Shown: one piece after another, positions 1 through 13,357 of the stretch
How positions within the stretch are numbered: the first letter of the stretch is position 1
How the letters are laid out: each line of letters begins with the position of its first letter
DNA from: Alphaproteobacteria bacterium
GTDB taxonomy: Bacteria; Pseudomonadota; Alphaproteobacteria; Bin95
Reading direction: 5' to 3'
DNA: 64,000 bases
NCBI GenBank assembly: GCA_963665325.3
Contig: CAXXWS020000002.1
Location: 1,088,001 to 1,152,000 of the forward strand
The notes under the pieces: generated by a model
What the model saw: only the letters and a program-made list of their open reading frames with translations
What the model was told of the DNA's origin: nothing
Database searches by the model: none
Made by a program: the position numbers and the translations under genes

Positions 1-575
1 AGGCCGTTATGCCCGCCGGCGCGCCACGGGTCCTCGTAGACGACGCCGCCGAGCAGGTTCGGAAACTTGCGGTAGGCACGTTTCCAGAGGGCGCGAAAGG
101 CGCGGGCCGACGAAATGATGGGGTAGTAGTGGACGCCGAAGCGGGCCGCCAATTCGGCAAGCCTGTAAGGCATTCCGGCCCCGCACGTAATGCCGTGGAT
201 CAGGCCCTTGGCGCCCTCCATCACAGAGTTCAGCACACGCTCCGCGCCCGCCATTTCCCAGAGCACATTCATGTGAATGCGACCTTGGCCGCCGGCGCTG
301 TCATATGCGATGCGCGCCTGTTGAATGGCGCCCCGAACCGCGTGCGCCAGCAACTCCTCGTGCCGCTCGCGCCGGGTCTTGCCGTAGTAGTTCTGGACGA
401 AGGCGGAGCCGTCTTCGCGGAAGCTGTCGGCGTTGACGCCAGAGAATGTCCCGACGCCGCCGCAGGCAGCCCATGCGCCCGAACTCTCCCCGTTCGAGAT
501 CGCAATGCCCTTGCCGCCCTCAATGAGCGGAAAGACCTCGCGGCCGGAGAATAAGACCGGGCGCACGACTGCCAT
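1..575 (-). CDS. NAD(P)H-dependent flavin oxidoreductase, nitronate monooxygenase-like (partial, runs off the left edge)
   Basis: Not in the ORF track. Read by hand on the minus strand from ATG at 575: MAVVRPVLFSGREVFPLIEGGKGIAISNGESSGAWAA...HGITCGAGMPY...VVYEDPWRAGGHNG. Starts 5 bp after the pnp stop. Confidence 0.8.
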   Translation of the reverse strand, partial: MAVVRPVLFSGREVFPLIEGGKGIAISNGESSGAWAACGGVGTFSGVNADSFREDGSAFVQNYYGKTRRERHEELLAHAVRGAIQQARIAYDSAGGQGRIHMNVLWEMAGAERVLNSVMEGAKGLIHGITCGAGMPYRLAELAARFGVHYYPIISSARAFRALWKRAYRKFPNLLGGVVYEDPWRAGGHNG

Positions 576-580
576 TGGCG

Positions 581-2695
581 TTAGTCCGCCGCCGCCGTCA
601 GGTCCGCCCCGGTCTCCTGATCGACGGACTTCATGGAGAGGCTCACCTTGCCGCGGTCATCGACGCGCAGCACCTTGACCTTCACCTGGTCGCCCTGCTC
701 CACGACATCGCCGACGGTCTTGACCCGTTCCGGGGCAAGCTCGCTGATATGGACGAGCCCGTCGCGGCTGCCGAGGAAGTTCACGAACGCTCCGAAATCG
801 ACGATCTTGACCACCTTGCCGGTATAGATAGTGCCAACTTCCGGCTCGGCAACGATGCCTCTGATCCATTCGATCGCGGCTTCGGAAGCCTTGGGATCGA
901 CCGAGGACACCTTGATCGTTCCATCGTCGTCGATATCGATTTTGGCGCCGGTGGTTTCCACGATCTCGCGAATAACCTTGCCGCCCGAGCCGATCACTTC
1001 GCGGATCTTGTCGCGAGGGATCGACATGGTGGTCATGCGCGGCGCGAAGTCGCTCACATCGTCGCGTGCCGTGTCGAGCGCTCCGGCCATCTCACCCAGA
1101 ATATGCATCCGTCCCTTCTGCGCCTGCTCCAGCGCGGTCCGCATGATATCTTCGGTAATCGAGGTGATCTTGATATCCATTTGCAGCGAGGTTACGCCGG
1201 CCTCAGTTCCGGCGACCTTGAAGTCCATGTCGCCCAGATGATCCTCGTCCCCGAGGATGTCCGAGAGGACCGCGAACCGGTCGCCCTCCTTGATGAGGCC
1301 CATCGCGATGCCGGCGACCGGGCGCTTCAGGGGCACGCCCGCATCCATCAGCGACAGCGAGGCGCCGCAGACCGACGCCATCGAGGACGACCCGTTCGAC
1401 TCCGTGATCTCCGAGACGACGCGAATGGTGTAGGGGAAGTCTTCCTTCTTCGGCAGCAGCGGCCGGACGGCCCGCCAGGCGAGCTTGCCGTGCCCGATTT
1501 CGCGCCGGCCGGGTGCCCGCAGCATCCGCGCTTCGCCGGTCGAATAGGGCGGAAAGTTGTAATGGAGCATAAAGTGTTCGCGGTAATCGCCATCCAGCGC
1601 ATCGATGATCTGCTCGTCCTGCGACGTGCCGAGCGTGGAAACCACGATCGCCTGGGTCTCGCCGCGGGTGAACAGCGCACTGCCATGCTGGCGCGGCAGG
1701 ATGCCGACCTCGCAATCGATGGGGCGCACCGTTTCCAGGTCGCGGTCGTCGATCCGCTTGCTGGTGTCCAGAATAGCGCCCCGCACGATGTCCCGCTCGA
1801 GGTCCTTGAAGAACGGCGCGGCCAGGGCCGGGTCCGTGCCGGCCTCTTCCAGCTTGGCGAGAACATCCGTCTTGGCGGCGGAAATGGCCGTCTGGCGGGC
1901 CTGCTTCTCGCGAAGCGCGTAAGCATCGTCCATTGGCGTCCGGCCCATTTCATAGACCTTCGCCTTCGCCTCCTCGGCGCCGGGCTCCGGATCGGGCAGA
2001 TCCCACGGATCCTTGGCGCATTCCTCTGCCATGTCGATGATGGCGTCGATGACCGGCGCGAAGCCTCGATGGCCGAACATCACGGCGTCCAGCATCTGCT
2101 GCTCGGGAAGCTCCTGCGCTTCCGACTCGACCATGAGCACGCCCTCGGAGGTGCCCGCGACCACAAGGTCCAGGGTCGAAGACTGCATTTGCTCCGTTGT
2201 GGGGTTGAGGACGAACTCGCCGTCCACAATGCCCACCCGGGCGCCCGCGATGGGGCCGAGGAACGGGATTCCGGAGAGCGTGAGCGCAGCCGATGTGCCG
2301 ACCAGCGCCAGGATATCGGGATCGTTCTCCAGATCGTGGCTCATTACCGTGCAGACGATCTGGGTCTCGTTGCGGAAACCCTTGGCGAATAGTGGCCGGA
2401 TCGGCCGGTCGATCAGCCGCGAGGTCAGCGTTTCCTTCTCGCTCGGCCGCGCCTCGCGCTTGAAGAAACCGCCGGGAATCTTGCCGGCGGCATAGGTCTT
2501 TTCCTGGTAGTTGACGGTCAGCGGGAAGAAATCGAGCCCGACTCTCGGGCTTTTCTCCGCGACCACGGTGCACAGCACCGCCGTTTCCCCGAGGCTTGCC
2601 ATAACGGCAGCGTCGGCCTGGCGCGCGATGCGCCCGGTCTCCAGGACCAGCGGGCGTCCGCCCCAGTCAATTTCCTTGCGGACGATATCGAACAT
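581..2695 (-). CDS. pnp: Polyribonucleotide nucleotidyltransferase (PNPase)
   Basis: Two RNase PH domains ([35 protein letters not shown]), KH and S1 domains. Start moved to MFDIVRK at 2695. Confidence 0.98.
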   Translation of the reverse strand: MFDIVRKEIDWGGRPLVLETGRIARQADAAVMASLGETAVLCTVVAEKSPRVGLDFFPLTVNYQEKTYAAGKIPGGFFKREARPSEKETLTSRLIDRPIRPLFAKGFRNETQIVCTVMSHDLENDPDILALVGTSAALTLSGIPFLGPIAGARVGIVDGEFVLNPTTEQMQSSTLDLVVAGTSEGVLMVESEAQELPEQQMLDAVMFGHRGFAPVIDAIIDMAEECAKDPWDLPDPEPGAEEAKAKVYEMGRTPMDDAYALREKQARQTAISAAKTDVLAKLEEAGTDPALAAPFFKDLERDIVRGAILDTSKRIDDRDLETVRPIDCEVGILPRQHGSALFTRGETQAIVVSTLGTSQDEQIIDALDGDYREHFMLHYNFPPYSTGEARMLRAPGRREIGHGKLAWRAVRPLLPKKEDFPYTIRVVSEITESNGSSSMASVCGASLSLMDAGVPLKRPVAGIAMGLIKEGDRFAVLSDILGDEDHLGDMDFKVAGTEAGVTSLQMDIKITSITEDIMRTALEQAQKGRMHILGEMAGALDTARDDVSDFAPRMTTMSIPRDKIREVIGSGGKVIREIVETTGAKIDIDDDGTIKVSSVDPKASEAAIEWIRGIVAEPEVGTIYTGKVVKIVDFGAFVNFLGSRDGLVHISELAPERVKTVGDVVEQGDQVKVKVLRVDDRGKVSLSMKSVDQETGADLTAAAD

Positions 2696-2715
2696 ATCGG
2701 ATGCAACCCTTTCCC

Positions 2716-2779
2716 GGCCGCGACCCGGACGGCGCGGCCTTTTACATGTTTTCTGTCGGACGCCGGCCATCCGGCGTCC
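2716..2779 (-). promoter_or_regulatory. Two hairpins in the rpsO-pnp leader (possible processing or autoregulation site)
   Basis: GGACGCCGG-4nt-CCGGCGTCC (2758-2779) and GGCCGCG-10nt-CGCGGCC (2716-2739). Function is inferred from RNase III/PNPase autoregulation in other bacteria. Confidence 0.45.
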
Positions 2780-2785
2780 CAGTCG

Positions 2786-3055
2786 TCAGCGGCGCAGGCC
2801 GAGGCTTTCGATCAGCGTCCGGTAGCGCCCGTTGTCCTTCCCGCGCAGATAGTCGAGCAGGCCGCGGCGCTGGCCGACCATGACCAGCAGGCCGCGGCGT
2901 GAGTGGCGGTCCTTCTTGTGTGTCTGGAGGTGCTCGGTCAGATTACGGATGCGTTCCGTCAGGATCGCCACCTGCACCTCCGGCGATCCCGTGTCGTCTT
3001 CGTTCGTACGAAACTCCTGAATGAGTTCGGTCTTTCGTGCGGCGGTAATCGACAT
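2786..3055 (-). CDS. rpsO: 30S ribosomal protein S15
   Basis: 89 aa, MSIT...[13 protein letters not shown]...[12 protein letters not shown]. Confidence 0.98.
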   Translation of the reverse strand: MSITAARKTELIQEFRTNEDDTGSPEVQVAILTERIRNLTEHLQTHKKDRHSRRGLLVMVGQRRGLLDYLRGKDNGRYRTLIESLGLRR

Positions 3056-3077
3056 CTGTTGCTCTCGTTCCTTGTAG

Positions 3078-4007
3078 CTATGGATTGACAACCCGCACCG
3101 GCCGAACCGTTCCGGAATCGTACCGAGCCACGGCGACAAGGACCTCGCCCATCCGGGCGCGAATCGTCATACCGTCGTGAAACCCGGCGATCCGTGAAAG
3201 ATCGGCCGCGCTGAACAACCGCAGCGCCTGTCCATTCCTGAGCGCTGCGGCCTCTTGCTCCGAGACGGACAGAGCCGGGATGTCGGCCAGCGACCTGTCC
3301 GTCGGCAGCAAGAATACACTCTCCGGGCCTATATGGGCCAGAGCTTCCAGTTCTTCCAGCGTAATTGCGTCCTCGACGCGAAACGGCCCCACGCCCAGTC
3401 GCCGGAGCGCAGAAACATGTCCGACCGTGCCGAGTGCGGCAGCGAGGTCGCGCGCGATGGCCCGGACATACACGCCCTTGCCGGTTTCCGCCGTGAACTC
3501 CGCGCTGTCGTCATCCAGGCGGCGTTCGAGCCGCAGGTCCATGACTTCGACAGGACGGGGCGGCAGGTAGGGCGCTTCGTCGGCCCGGGCCAGATTGTAG
3601 GCCCGTTTCCCACCTACCTTGACGGCGGAATATTGCGGCGGGGCCTGCATGATTTGCCCGGTAAAGGCGGGCAGGGCGCTCCGGATGGCGTCGTCGTCCG
3701 GCCGTGCGGCGCTGGTCTCCACAACCTTTCCGTCGGCGTCGTCTGTGTCGCGGGCTTCGCCCCAGCGTAGCGTAAAGCGATAGACTTTGCTGCCTTCCAT
3801 GACCCAGGAAACCGTCTTGGTCGCGTGGCCGAGAGCGACCGGCAATACGCCGGTGGCGAGCGGGTCGAGCGCCCCGCCATGCCCGATCTTGGCGCCGCCG
3901 CTCAGCCGCTTGATCCGGTTGCAGACATCGGTAGATGTCATGCCGGCAGGTTTGTCCATGACAATCCAGCCGTTGAGGTCGGTCCGTTTCGGCCGCCTAC
4001 GCGCCAT
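3078..4007 (-). CDS. truB: tRNA pseudouridine(55) synthase
   Basis: [20 protein letters not shown] (catalytic Asp), [22 protein letters not shown]. Lies between rbfA and rpsO. Confidence 0.96.
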   Translation of the reverse strand: MARRRPKRTDLNGWIVMDKPAGMTSTDVCNRIKRLSGGAKIGHGGALDPLATGVLPVALGHATKTVSWVMEGSKVYRFTLRWGEARDTDDADGKVVETSAARPDDDAIRSALPAFTGQIMQAPPQYSAVKVGGKRAYNLARADEAPYLPPRPVEVMDLRLERRLDDDSAEFTAETGKGVYVRAIARDLAAALGTVGHVSALRRLGVGPFRVEDAITLEELEALAHIGPESVFLLPTDRSLADIPALSVSEQEAAALRNGQALRLFSAADLSRIAGFHDGMTIRARMGEVLVAVARYDSGTVRPVRVVNP

Positions 4008-4365
4008 GCCGGTTCTGCCGGATAAGTGTTTCGACCCGCTCGGCTTCGTCGAAACTGCGGTCGCGCCGGAACTCGACAATCGGTGTGAACTTCGATTCGA
4101 GCATGCGGCCGAGCTCGCCCCGGATATGGCCCGCCGCGCGGTTCAGCGCAGCGACCGTATCGTCGATATCGTCGCGTCCCAGCATCGAAATAAACGCTGT
4201 CGCCCGTTTCAGGTCGGGCGACATCACGACTTCGGAAACGGTGACCATCTCCATCGCTTGCAGGTCGGGGTCGCGGAAGGCTGCCCGCGCAAGGATTCCG
4301 GCCGTCGCATGGCGGACAGTCTCGCCCATGCGCAGCCGTCGCGGGCCGGTCCGGGCGTGCTTCAT
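3997..4365 (-). CDS. rbfA: Ribosome-binding factor A
   Basis: RRLRMGE...[15 protein letters not shown]...[19 protein letters not shown] overlap with the infB stop. Confidence 0.95.
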   Translation of the reverse strand: MKHARTGPRRLRMGETVRHATAGILARAAFRDPDLQAMEMVTVSEVVMSPDLKRATAFISMLGRDDIDDTVAALNRAAGHIRGELGRMLESKFTPIVEFRRDRSFDEAERVETLIRQNRHGA

Positions 4366-6989
4366 GGCAGCGTGCGCTGCACTTCCTCGGTTTCGTAGCA
4401 TTCGATGACGTCGCCCACCTGGATGTCCTGGTAGGACTCGAACGACATGCCGCACTCAAAACCTTCGCGCACCTCCCGTTGCTCTTCCTTGAACCGCTTC
4501 AGGGTCGCAAGGCGCCCCTCATGGATGACGATGTTGTCGCGCAGCAACCGCACACCGGCGCCGCGCCGGACTATGCCTTCGATGACCCGGCAACCCGCCA
4601 CCTTGCCGACGCGGGTGATGTTGAAGACTTCCCGGATATCCGCTTGTCCGATCTGGCGTTCGCGCAATTCCGGCGCCAACTTGCCGACCATTGCATCCCG
4701 GATGTCGTCGATCAGTTCGTAAATGATCGAATAGTACCGGATATCGACTCCGTGCTGCTGGGCCGCGAGACGGGCCGGGTTTGCGGCCCGGACATTGAAA
4801 CCGATGATGAAGCCGCCGGAGGCATGCGCGAGGGTGACATCGCTTTCCGAGATACCGCCCACGCCGCTGTGCAGGATTTCCACCTGCACCTCGTCGCTGC
4901 CAAGCTTCGCGAGCGCGCCGACAATGGCTTCCACCGACCCCTGCACATCCGCCTTTACGACCAGCGGCACCTTCTCGGTTTTGCCGGCCGCGAGGCTCTT
5001 GAAGATATCGTCTATCGAGCCCTGCCGGACAGGCGCCGCCTGCGCCGCCCTGTCCCGCCGGGCACGGTATTCGGTGACTTCGCGGGCGCGCCCCTCGCTG
5101 TCCACGACGACAACCTCGTCGCCGGCGACAGGCGGGCCGGACAGGCCAAGCACTTCGACCGGCACCGACGGGCCGGCTGACTTCACTCTTCCGGTCCGGT
5201 CGTCGACCATCGCCCGGACCTTGCCCCATTCGGCACCCGCGACGACGATATCGCCGACCCTGAGCGTGCCGCTCTGGACCAGAATGGTCGCCACGGCGCC
5301 GCGGCCCCGGTCGAGCTGCGCCTCGACGACAATGCCGTTCGCCCCGCGGTTCGGGTTGGCCTGCAACTCCATCAGGTCCGCCTGAAGCAGAACGGCTTCT
5401 TCCAATGTGTCGAGACCGGTCTTTGCCGTCGCCGACACCTCGACCATTTGCACGTCGCCGCCGAATTCTTCTGCGACGAGTTCGTGCTGCAGCAGGTCGT
5501 TCCGGACCCGCTGCGGCTCGGCTTCCGGCCGGTCGACCTTGTTGATCGCGACGATGATCGGGGCGCCTGCCGCCTTGGCATGTGCAATTGCCTCGATTGT
5601 CTGCGGCTGGACGCTATCGTCGGCCGCGACCACCAGAATAACGATGTCGGTTGCGCGGGAGCCGCGCGCACGCATCGCCGAAAAGGCCTCGTGGCCGGGC
5701 GTATCGAGGAAGGTGATGTCGGCGCCCGAAGGTGTCCGCACCCGGTATGCGCCGATGTGCTGCGTGATTCCGCCGGCCTCGCCGCTCACCACATCCGTAT
5801 TCCGGAGCGCATCGAGAAGCGAGGTCTTGCCGTGGTCCACATGGCCCATAACCGTCACGACAGGCGCGCGAGGCCCGAGATCGTCGTCCTGGTCGGGCGG
5901 ACCGGAAAGTCCTTCCTCCACATCGCTCTCTGCGACGCGGGTCACGCGATGCCCGAACTCCTGAACGACGAGTTCCGCAGTATCGGCATCGATCGCCTGC
6001 GATGGTGTTGCCCGGATGCCGTTTTGCATCAGCACGCGAATCACATCGACGGCGCGCGTGGCCATCCGGTTGGCAAGTTCGCTGACCAGGATGGATTCGG
6101 GCACGACGACTTCGCGCTGAATGAACTGCTGCCCCTCCCCCGAGGCCTGACGCTGGCGCTCGCGTTCGCGCGCCCGGCGCACCGACGCAAGGGAGCGCTG
6201 CCTTTCCTGTTCGACTTCTTCATCCAGTGCCTGGACGATGGTGAGCTTGCCGGCGCGCCGTCGCGGCTCGGTGCGGCGTTGCGGCGCGGCGGGCCGCTTC
6301 TCGTTGCGCCGCCGTCCGCCGCGGTCGTCTTCATCCCGTCCACCGGCGCGCCGTCCGCCCGGCAGTTCAACGGGCGGCACCGGGGCTTCGGACGGTCGCG
6401 CCGCCGGCCGGCCGGGCGGGCGGGCGCGACGGGCGGCCGCATCGGCGGGACGGCGGGCCGCCGCGCCGCCGGGCTGCCGGTCGCTCCGCGCCGGTCCGGC
6501 CTGGCGTGCCGCGTCGCGGCGGGCCTCCTCTGCCGCGCGTATCTTCTCTTCGTCCTCCTGGCGCCGCGCGTCGATTTCCTCCTGCTTGCGCTGTTCCTCC
6601 GCATTGGCGGCCTTGAGTTCGGCCAGCTCCCGCGTCCGCTGTTCGGCCTGGAGTTCTTCGGGGTTCAACGGAGGGGAAGGCGGCGGCGCTTCGAGCGCCG
6701 GTTCGGCAGCAACGTCAGGAGCGGGCGGCGGCTTGGGACGAGCCTGTAGCGCCCGCGCCCGCGCTGCCCGCTCTTCGGTACTCAGCCCGCCGGCCGTCTG
6801 CTGGGCGTCCTTGCCGGGCTTGTCGGTGATGATCGTGCGTTTGCGCTTGACCTCCACCGTCACCTGCTTCGACCGGCCGTGGGAAAAGCTCTGGCGAACC
6901 TTTCCGGCGCCCACTCTCTTCTTCAACTCCAGCTTACCCGGGCGGGACAGGCTGAGCTTGCCGCTGTCGCGATCGCCGCTTTCGGTCAT
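4362..6989 (-). CDS. infB: Translation initiation factor IF-2
   Basis: [31 protein letters not shown]-motifs; C-terminal LKRFK...ECG. Confidence 0.99.
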   Translation of the reverse strand: MTESGDRDSGKLSLSRPGKLELKKRVGAGKVRQSFSHGRSKQVTVEVKRKRTIITDKPGKDAQQTAGGLSTEERAARARALQARPKPPPAPDVAAEPALEAPPPSPPLNPEELQAEQRTRELAELKAANAEEQRKQEEIDARRQEDEEKIRAAEEARRDAARQAGPARSDRQPGGAAARRPADAAARRARPPGRPAARPSEAPVPPVELPGGRRAGGRDEDDRGGRRRNEKRPAAPQRRTEPRRRAGKLTIVQALDEEVEQERQRSLASVRRARERERQRQASGEGQQFIQREVVVPESILVSELANRMATRAVDVIRVLMQNGIRATPSQAIDADTAELVVQEFGHRVTRVAESDVEEGLSGPPDQDDDLGPRAPVVTVMGHVDHGKTSLLDALRNTDVVSGEAGGITQHIGAYRVRTPSGADITFLDTPGHEAFSAMRARGSRATDIVILVVAADDSVQPQTIEAIAHAKAAGAPIIVAINKVDRPEAEPQRVRNDLLQHELVAEEFGGDVQMVEVSATAKTGLDTLEEAVLLQADLMELQANPNRGANGIVVEAQLDRGRGAVATILVQSGTLRVGDIVVAGAEWGKVRAMVDDRTGRVKSAGPSVPVEVLGLSGPPVAGDEVVVVDSEGRAREVTEYRARRDRAAQAAPVRQGSIDDIFKSLAAGKTEKVPLVVKADVQGSVEAIVGALAKLGSDEVQVEILHSGVGGISESDVTLAHASGGFIIGFNVRAANPARLAAQQHGVDIRYYSIIYELIDDIRDAMVGKLAPELRERQIGQADIREVFNITRVGKVAGCRVIEGIVRRGAGVRLLRDNIVIHEGRLATLKRFKEEQREVREGFECGMSFESYQDIQVGDVIECYETEEVQRTLP

Positions 6990-7594
6990 CCTTGTCTCCC
7001 GTCCGCCATTCCGTTGCGGAAGCCGGCAAGCCGTCCGGCTTCGCGGGCGAACCGCTCCGCCAGCCGACCCGGACCTAGCACCGCATGAACTGTAATGTCA
7101 CGCCCTATTGCCGCGCCCATCTCGGCCGCGGTCAAAACCGATACCACCGGCAGGCCGCGCGCCAGGCCGGCAAGTGCCCGCCTTCCGTTCGCCGCGCCGT
7201 CCAGCGCCTCGACCAGAAGCCCGCCGCGGCCTTCCCGAAGCCATTCGCAGGCACCTTCATAGCCGGCTGCAAGCAGTCCTGAGCGCCGAGCAAGCCCCAA
7301 GAGGCTGCAGCAGCGCTGTACGAGACCGGCCTCGACGTGCGCTTCCAGATCTCCGGGCAAGGAGAATTGGCGCCGCGCGGCGCGCTGGAATGCCCTTCCG
7401 CTGCGTGCGGTCTCCAGACTCTTCGGATCGGCGCCGACCCAATAGCCCCGTCCGGGCAATTTTTCCTCGAAATCAGGCGCGAGTCCGCCATCCGGTCCGA
7501 TGACGAACCGAATTAACTCCCCGCGCGGCCGGCACTGCCGTGTCGCGACGCATCGGCGCATCCCGTCGTCGTCCTTCGTTGCCCTGCTGGCCAC
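6986..7594 (-). CDS. YlxR/DUF448 plus L7Ae-like RNA-binding protein
   Basis: RRCVAT...[10 protein letters not shown]...KLPGRGYWV; C-terminal LGLARRSG. Lies between nusA and infB. Confidence 0.9.
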   Translation of the reverse strand: MASRATKDDDGMRRCVATRQCRPRGELIRFVIGPDGGLAPDFEEKLPGRGYWVGADPKSLETARSGRAFQRAARRQFSLPGDLEAHVEAGLVQRCCSLLGLARRSGLLAAGYEGACEWLREGRGGLLVEALDGAANGRRALAGLARGLPVVSVLTAAEMGAAIGRDITVHAVLGPGRLAERFAREAGRLAGFRNGMADGRQG

Positions 7595-7610
7595 GTTCTC
7601 GTCTGTCTCC

Positions 7611-9245
7611 TCACGACCGGTCGCCGGCCGGCTCTTCGCCGACGGGCTCGTCTTCTTCGCTAACAGGTTCGTCGTCGAACCAATGAGCGCGGGCCGCCAT
7701 GATCATCGCGTCCGCGGTATCGACATCGAGGATGCTCGCCGCGAGGCCGGCTTCCAGAGTCTCCTGATCGATCTCCGCGATCGCGTCCAGGTCGCGACGC
7801 TCGTGCATCGGGCTCGCGATAAAGCGCAATTCGTCGCTCGAGAGGTCGGCGAAATCGTCGAGTGTCAGAACGCCCGCATGTCCGAGCGCCACCACGATAT
7901 GGCCGTTCAGGCCTTCGACTTCCGCGAGATCGTCCGCAACGCCGAGTTCGATGCGTTCGCCGTCCAGCCGCGCCGCCTGCTGTTCGAGGAAGTCCTGCGC
8001 GCGTCGTTGCAATTCTTCGGCGATCTCCTCATCGAAGCCCTCAATATCCATCAGGTCTTCGATGCCGACATAAGCGACTTCCTCAAGAGTCGTGAAGCCT
8101 TCTGTGACGAGTAGTTGCGCAATAACCTCATCGACGTCGAGCGCGTCGATGAACAGCACCGAACGCTGTCGCATTTCCTCCTGGCGGCGCTCCGATTCCT
8201 CAGCTTCGGTAAGAATATCGATAGACCAGCCCGTCAGCTGACTCGCGAGGCGGACGTTCTGGCCGCGTCGACCGATCGCCTGGCTCAACTGGTCATCGGG
8301 CACGACGACCTCGATACGTCCGTCCTCCTCGTCGAGCACGACCTTCACCACCTCGGCCGGGGCAAGCGCATTGACGATGAAGGTCGCCGGGTCCTCGGAC
8401 CATGGAATGATGTCGATCTTTTCGCCGTGGAGCTCGCTAACCACCGCCTGGACGCGGCTGCCGCGCATGCCGACGCAGGCGCCTACGGGGTCGATGCCAG
8501 GGTCGTTGGAGATTACGGCGATCTTGGCGCGGCTGCCAGGATCGCGGGCCACGGCGCGTATTTCGATGATGCTGTCATAGATCTCCGGCACCTCCTGGGC
8601 GAACAGTCGCACCAGGAACTCGTTGCGCGTGCGCGACAAGAATATTTGCGGGCCCCGCGTCTCTTCCCGAACCTCGTGGATCAGGGCGCGGACGCGCTCA
8701 TTGCGCCGCGGATGCTCACGCGGAATGATCTCGTCCCTGCGCAGCACCGCCTCGGCCTGGCCGAGGTCCACGACCACATGGCCGAACTCGTTGCGCTTGA
8801 CCAAGCCGTTTACGATCTCGCCGACCCGTCCGACGAACTCCCGATATTGCCGAGCCCGCTCCGCTTCGCGCACTTTCTGGACGATGACCTGCTTTGCAGA
8901 CTGGGCGGCGACACGGCCGAAATCGATTGGCGGCAAATCGTCGACCAGCATATCCCCGACCTTCGCGGAAGCGCTGTAGCGCTGCGCGTGGGTCAGGGGC
9001 AGTTGGGCAAACTCGTCTTCGATTTCCGCACTGTCCTCCACCACTTCCCGGTAGCGCGCCAACCGGATGTCTCCGGTCTTGCGGTCGATCGAGGCGCGAA
9101 TATCGTGCTCCAGGCCGTATTTGGACCGTCCTGCCCGCTGGATTGCCTGCTCCACGGCAACGATGACCTCGTCGCGGTCGATGCCTTTTTCACGCGCCGC
9201 GCTATCCGCAATTTGCAGCAGTTCGGGCCCGAGGATGTTCACCAT
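7611..9245 (-). CDS. nusA: Transcription termination factor NusA
   Basis: [50 protein letters not shown]. Confidence 0.99.
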   Translation of the reverse strand: MVNILGPELLQIADSAAREKGIDRDEVIVAVEQAIQRAGRSKYGLEHDIRASIDRKTGDIRLARYREVVEDSAEIEDEFAQLPLTHAQRYSASAKVGDMLVDDLPPIDFGRVAAQSAKQVIVQKVREAERARQYREFVGRVGEIVNGLVKRNEFGHVVVDLGQAEAVLRRDEIIPREHPRRNERVRALIHEVREETRGPQIFLSRTRNEFLVRLFAQEVPEIYDSIIEIRAVARDPGSRAKIAVISNDPGIDPVGACVGMRGSRVQAVVSELHGEKIDIIPWSEDPATFIVNALAPAEVVKVVLDEEDGRIEVVVPDDQLSQAIGRRGQNVRLASQLTGWSIDILTEAEESERRQEEMRQRSVLFIDALDVDEVIAQLLVTEGFTTLEEVAYVGIEDLMDIEGFDEEIAEELQRRAQDFLEQQAARLDGERIELGVADDLAEVEGLNGHIVVALGHAGVLTLDDFADLSSDELRFIASPMHERRDLDAIAEIDQETLEAGLAASILDVDTADAMIMAARAHWFDDEPVSEEDEPVGEEPAGDRS

Positions 9246-9266
9246 GGCGGGGTCGCCTCCGCTTTC

Positions 9267-9761
9267 CTAGATTGCGCCGGCGGCTGCGGCCGCCAGCAAT
9301 GCATCGGTCATCAGCAATTTCGCCGACTTGACGGCCGCCAGAGGTAATTCCGCCTCGCCCTGTTCCGTCTGCAACCGCAGGGTTCCGCCTTCCAGGCCCT
9401 CCAGCCGGCCGCGGAACCGGCGCTGGCCGGCCATGTCGTCTTCGAGCTCGACTCGGGCCTCGAACCCGGCAAAGCGCTCGAAATCGGCCGAGCGGGTGAG
9501 CGGGCGGTCGATTCCGGGGGAGCTCACCTCCAGCGAATAGGCCTGCAGAATCGGGTCCTCGACATCCAGCAGCGCCGACAGCGTCCTGCTTGCCTCGGCA
9601 CAATGGTCCACGGTCATGCCGCTCCGGTCATGCCGCTCCACCATGATCTGCAGCACCGGATCGGCGCCTCCGAACCGGACGCGCACGAGGTCGTAGCCCA
9701 GCCCCTCCAGGGCGGGCGCCACGAGGTCGGCCACGCGCTGCGTGGCGGCACTGTCGGCAAC
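9267..9761 (-). CDS. rimp: Ribosome maturation factor RimP (start uncertain, about 9734-9761)
   Basis: LDVEDPI..AYSLEVSSPGIDRPL motif; immediately upstream of nusA. Confidence 0.95.
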   Translation of the reverse strand, partial: VADSAATQRVADLVAPALEGLGYDLVRVRFGGADPVLQIMVERHDRSGMTVDHCAEASRTLSALLDVEDPILQAYSLEVSSPGIDRPLTRSADFERFAGFEARVELEDDMAGQRRFRGRLEGLEGGTLRLQTEQGEAELPLAAVKSAKLLMTDALLAAAAAGAI

Positions 9762-9789
9762 GGTTACGGCCGTCGGTCTTCTCCCAACG

Positions 9790-9813
9790 AAAAAAAGGCG
9801 GCCCGAAGCCCCC
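9790..9813 (-). terminator. Weak hairpin plus U7 in the rimP leader (possible attenuator)
   Basis: Minus strand GGGGGC-TTCGG-GCCGCC-TTTTTTT, a 6-bp stem with one mismatch. Position matches the rimP-leader terminators described in proteobacteria. Confidence 0.45.
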
Positions 9814-9885
9814 GATTCGCTTCCCACTGTCAAGAATGAGCAGCCCGCATCCGCAGACAAGCAGGCAAGCGCGCAGACTATAGCG

Positions 9886-10583
9886 TCAGGCAAGGGAAAC
9901 CGCAACGCTGTCGTGGCGGGCGAAGCGCAGATAGGTCGATTTGACGCCCGCGGCGCGCGCCTTGGCTTCATAGCGCGTTTCCGGCCAGTCGGCGGGGCGT
10001 TGCCGCCAGTCGTCGGCGCATGCTGCCGTCCAGGCGAATGCGCCGTGCGAGGTCAACTGCTCCAGCATCCGGTCGAGATAGTCGTCATGGTCCGTCGCCA
10101 GGCGGAGTTCCGCGCCCGCCCGCATGGTCCGCGCGAGCCGGTCCAGCATCGGGGGCGCGACGATGCGTCTGTGGCGATGCCTTGCCTTCGGCCACGGGTC
10201 CGGGAACAGGATGAACACGCGTCCCAACACCATGCCGGGCAGCCGGTCCAGCACCGCCGTTGCGTCGTCGCAGTGAATGCGGATGTTCTCGAGGCCTTCC
10301 GCTTCGATACGCGCCGCCAGGCTCGCGACCCCGTTGATGTAGGGTTCGGCGCCGATGAACCCGGTGCGCGGGTAGCGCGCCGCCTGCCAGGCGAGATGCT
10401 CGCCCGCCCCGAATCCAATTTCGAGCCACAGGTCCTCAATGTTGAAACCGAACAGTGCCGGCGGATCGAGCGGCCCGTCCGGCAGCAGCAAGGCAGGAAG
10501 AACCGCATCCAGGGCCCGACGGCGCCCCGGGTTCAGGGGCCGGCCGCGCCGCCTGCCGTAGAAGCGGTAGTCGGTCGGTTCGT

Positions 10584-10587
<4 letters not shown>
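9886..10587 (-). CDS. trmB: tRNA (guanine-N7)-methyltransferase
   Basis: [33 protein letters not shown] start overlaps the metK stop. Confidence 0.96.
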
Positions 10588-11768
<1,181 letters not shown>

Positions 11769-11857
11769 GGGGCAGGCGCTCCCTGATTACGGCATAGCGC
11801 AGGCCCGCCGTACGATGCGGGCTGATGGCCCGTTGTCGCAAGCCGGAACCGGGAGGG

Positions 11858-13357
11858 TCAAGTGTATTGGCGTCGCATGGCCCTGCCGCGCCAGGCGGCG
11901 AGAGCGGCGAGGAGAACGACGCCCACGAGGAAGGGCAGGTCGCCCAGGCGGCTGTAAGTCGTTTCCACGAGCGGGGCAGGCAGTTGGATGTCAAGGCTGC
12001 CCGCCCTGCCGAGCCCGAGCCTACCCAGCCGCCGGCCGTATCCGTCCACTGCGCCGGTGATGCCGGTGTTGGCGACGCGCACGACCGGCAATCCCGTCTC
12101 GATGGCGCGCATCCGCACGATCTCGAAATGCTGGTGCGGTCCGGCGGTTTCGCCGAACCAGGCGTCGTTGGTGAGGTTCAGCAGCCAGTCCGGTCTATCG
12201 TTGGCGGCAACGACCTCACCCGGAAAGATCGCCTCGAAACAGATGAGCGCGCCGAACGGCGGAAGGCCGGGCAGGGTGAGCGTCGACGGACCGGGGCCGG
12301 CCGCAAAGTCGTTCCGCCCGACCGTCAGCTTGATTGCGCCCAACAGGCCGCGCAGCGGCACATATTCGCCGAAAGGCACGAGGTGCGCCTTGTCGTGACG
12401 CCCCTGCAGCCGGCCCTCGCGGTCTATCGCAAGGATGCTGTTGTAGAAGCGTCCGTCCTTCCGCCATGGCGCGCCCGAGATCAAGCCTCGGCGGCTCTGC
12501 GCGCTGCGCCCGAGTGCCTCGACAAGCGGCGATTCGGACTGCAACAGTCGGGCGACCGCCGTTTCCGGCCAGATCACGGCGTCGGGCTCGGGATCCGCCG
12601 CGCCGAGACGTACCAAGTGCTGCAAATGAGCGGCGGCCTCCTTGCGGCGCCACTTCTCGGATTGCGGGATGTTGGGTTGGACGAGACGCAGCAGCGGCCC
12701 GCTTGCGACTCCGGCTTCCGGAGCGCGGCCGAGGCGAGCTTCGCCGTAAGCGACCATCGTCGCGAGCGCCAATGCCGCTGCCGTCCAGGCGCGCCAGTCG
12801 GCAACAGACAGCAGAAGGCTGACCACCAGCGTCGCCAGCCCGACCCCGTAGATGCCGACGGTTGCCGCCGCCTGTTCGACCGCCGGCACATGCAGCCAGG
12901 CATATCCGAACAGGTTCCACGGAAAGCCGGTGAGCAGGTGGCCGCGCAGCCAGTCGCCGAGCCCGAGCGCGGCCGCCAGCGCCAGCGCCCGCCCGACGCC
13001 GGGCTGCGTCAGGCTATGCGCGAGCGCAACGGGAAGAGCCAGAAAGCAGGAGAGCAGTCCGGCGAGGCCGAGAACGGCCACCGGTCCGCCCGCGGCCGTG
13101 GCGCCGCCGACCGTGAAGAAGGACCCGGCAACCCAGTAAAGGCCGGCGGCGAAGAACCCGAACGCGAAGGCGTAGGCGGTCAGGAACGCGGTACGGAACC
13201 GCGCTGTCCCGTCCAGCAGCCAGGCAAACGCAACAAGACCGGCAGCCAGGGCGGGCGTCGCTCCCAGCGGCGGCATGGCCAGCGTGGCGCCGATGCCTGC
13301 CGCCGTTGCGGCGAGAAGCCGGTTCCGGCCCGCCAGACCGGCGAGCCGCGCCCTCAT
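11858..13357 (-). CDS. lnt: Apolipoprotein N-acyltransferase
   Basis: GFPWNL, VQPNI, WPE, KAHLVPFGEY, ICFE, NDAWFG, ANTG. Confidence 0.97.
   Translation of the reverse strand: MRARLAGLAGRNRLLAATAAGIGATLAMPPLGATPALAAGLVAFAWLLDGTARFRTAFLTAYAFAFGFFAAGLYWVAGSFFTVGGATAAGGPVAVLGLAGLLSCFLALPVALAHSLTQPGVGRALALAAALGLGDWLRGHLLTGFPWNLFGYAWLHVPAVEQAAATVGIYGVGLATLVVSLLLSVADWRAWTAAALALATMVAYGEARLGRAPEAGVASGPLLRLVQPNIPQSEKWRRKEAAAHLQHLVRLGAADPEPDAVIWPETAVARLLQSESPLVEALGRSAQSRRGLISGAPWRKDGRFYNSILAIDREGRLQGRHDKAHLVPFGEYVPLRGLLGAIKLTVGRNDFAAGPGPSTLTLPGLPPFGALICFEAIFPGEVVAANDRPDWLLNLTNDAWFGETAGPHQHFEIVRMRAIETGLPVVRVANTGITGAVDGYGRRLGRLGLGRAGSLDIQLPAPLVETTYSRLGDLPFLVGVVLLAALAAWRGRAMRRQYT

Noticed and set aside
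9-2392. Long plus-strand ORFs (9-554, 575-2392) and similar ones at 11825-13873, 24404-26431, 36651-38591 and 61135-62982
   Set aside because: Antisense shadows of clearly recognisable genes, expected from high-GC codon bias; no family motifs.
3855-3890. TruB motif GHGGALDP instead of GHxGTLDP
   Set aside because: The catalytic Asp is retained; a single substitution is not evidence of altered function.
6240-6780. Low-complexity Arg/Pro/Ala-rich repeats in infB
   Set aside because: The normal variable N-terminal linker of IF-2.
11769-11857. SAM riboswitch upstream of metK
   Set aside because: No recognisable SAM-II or SAM-SAH consensus by eye; a cmscan would be needed to exclude it fully.
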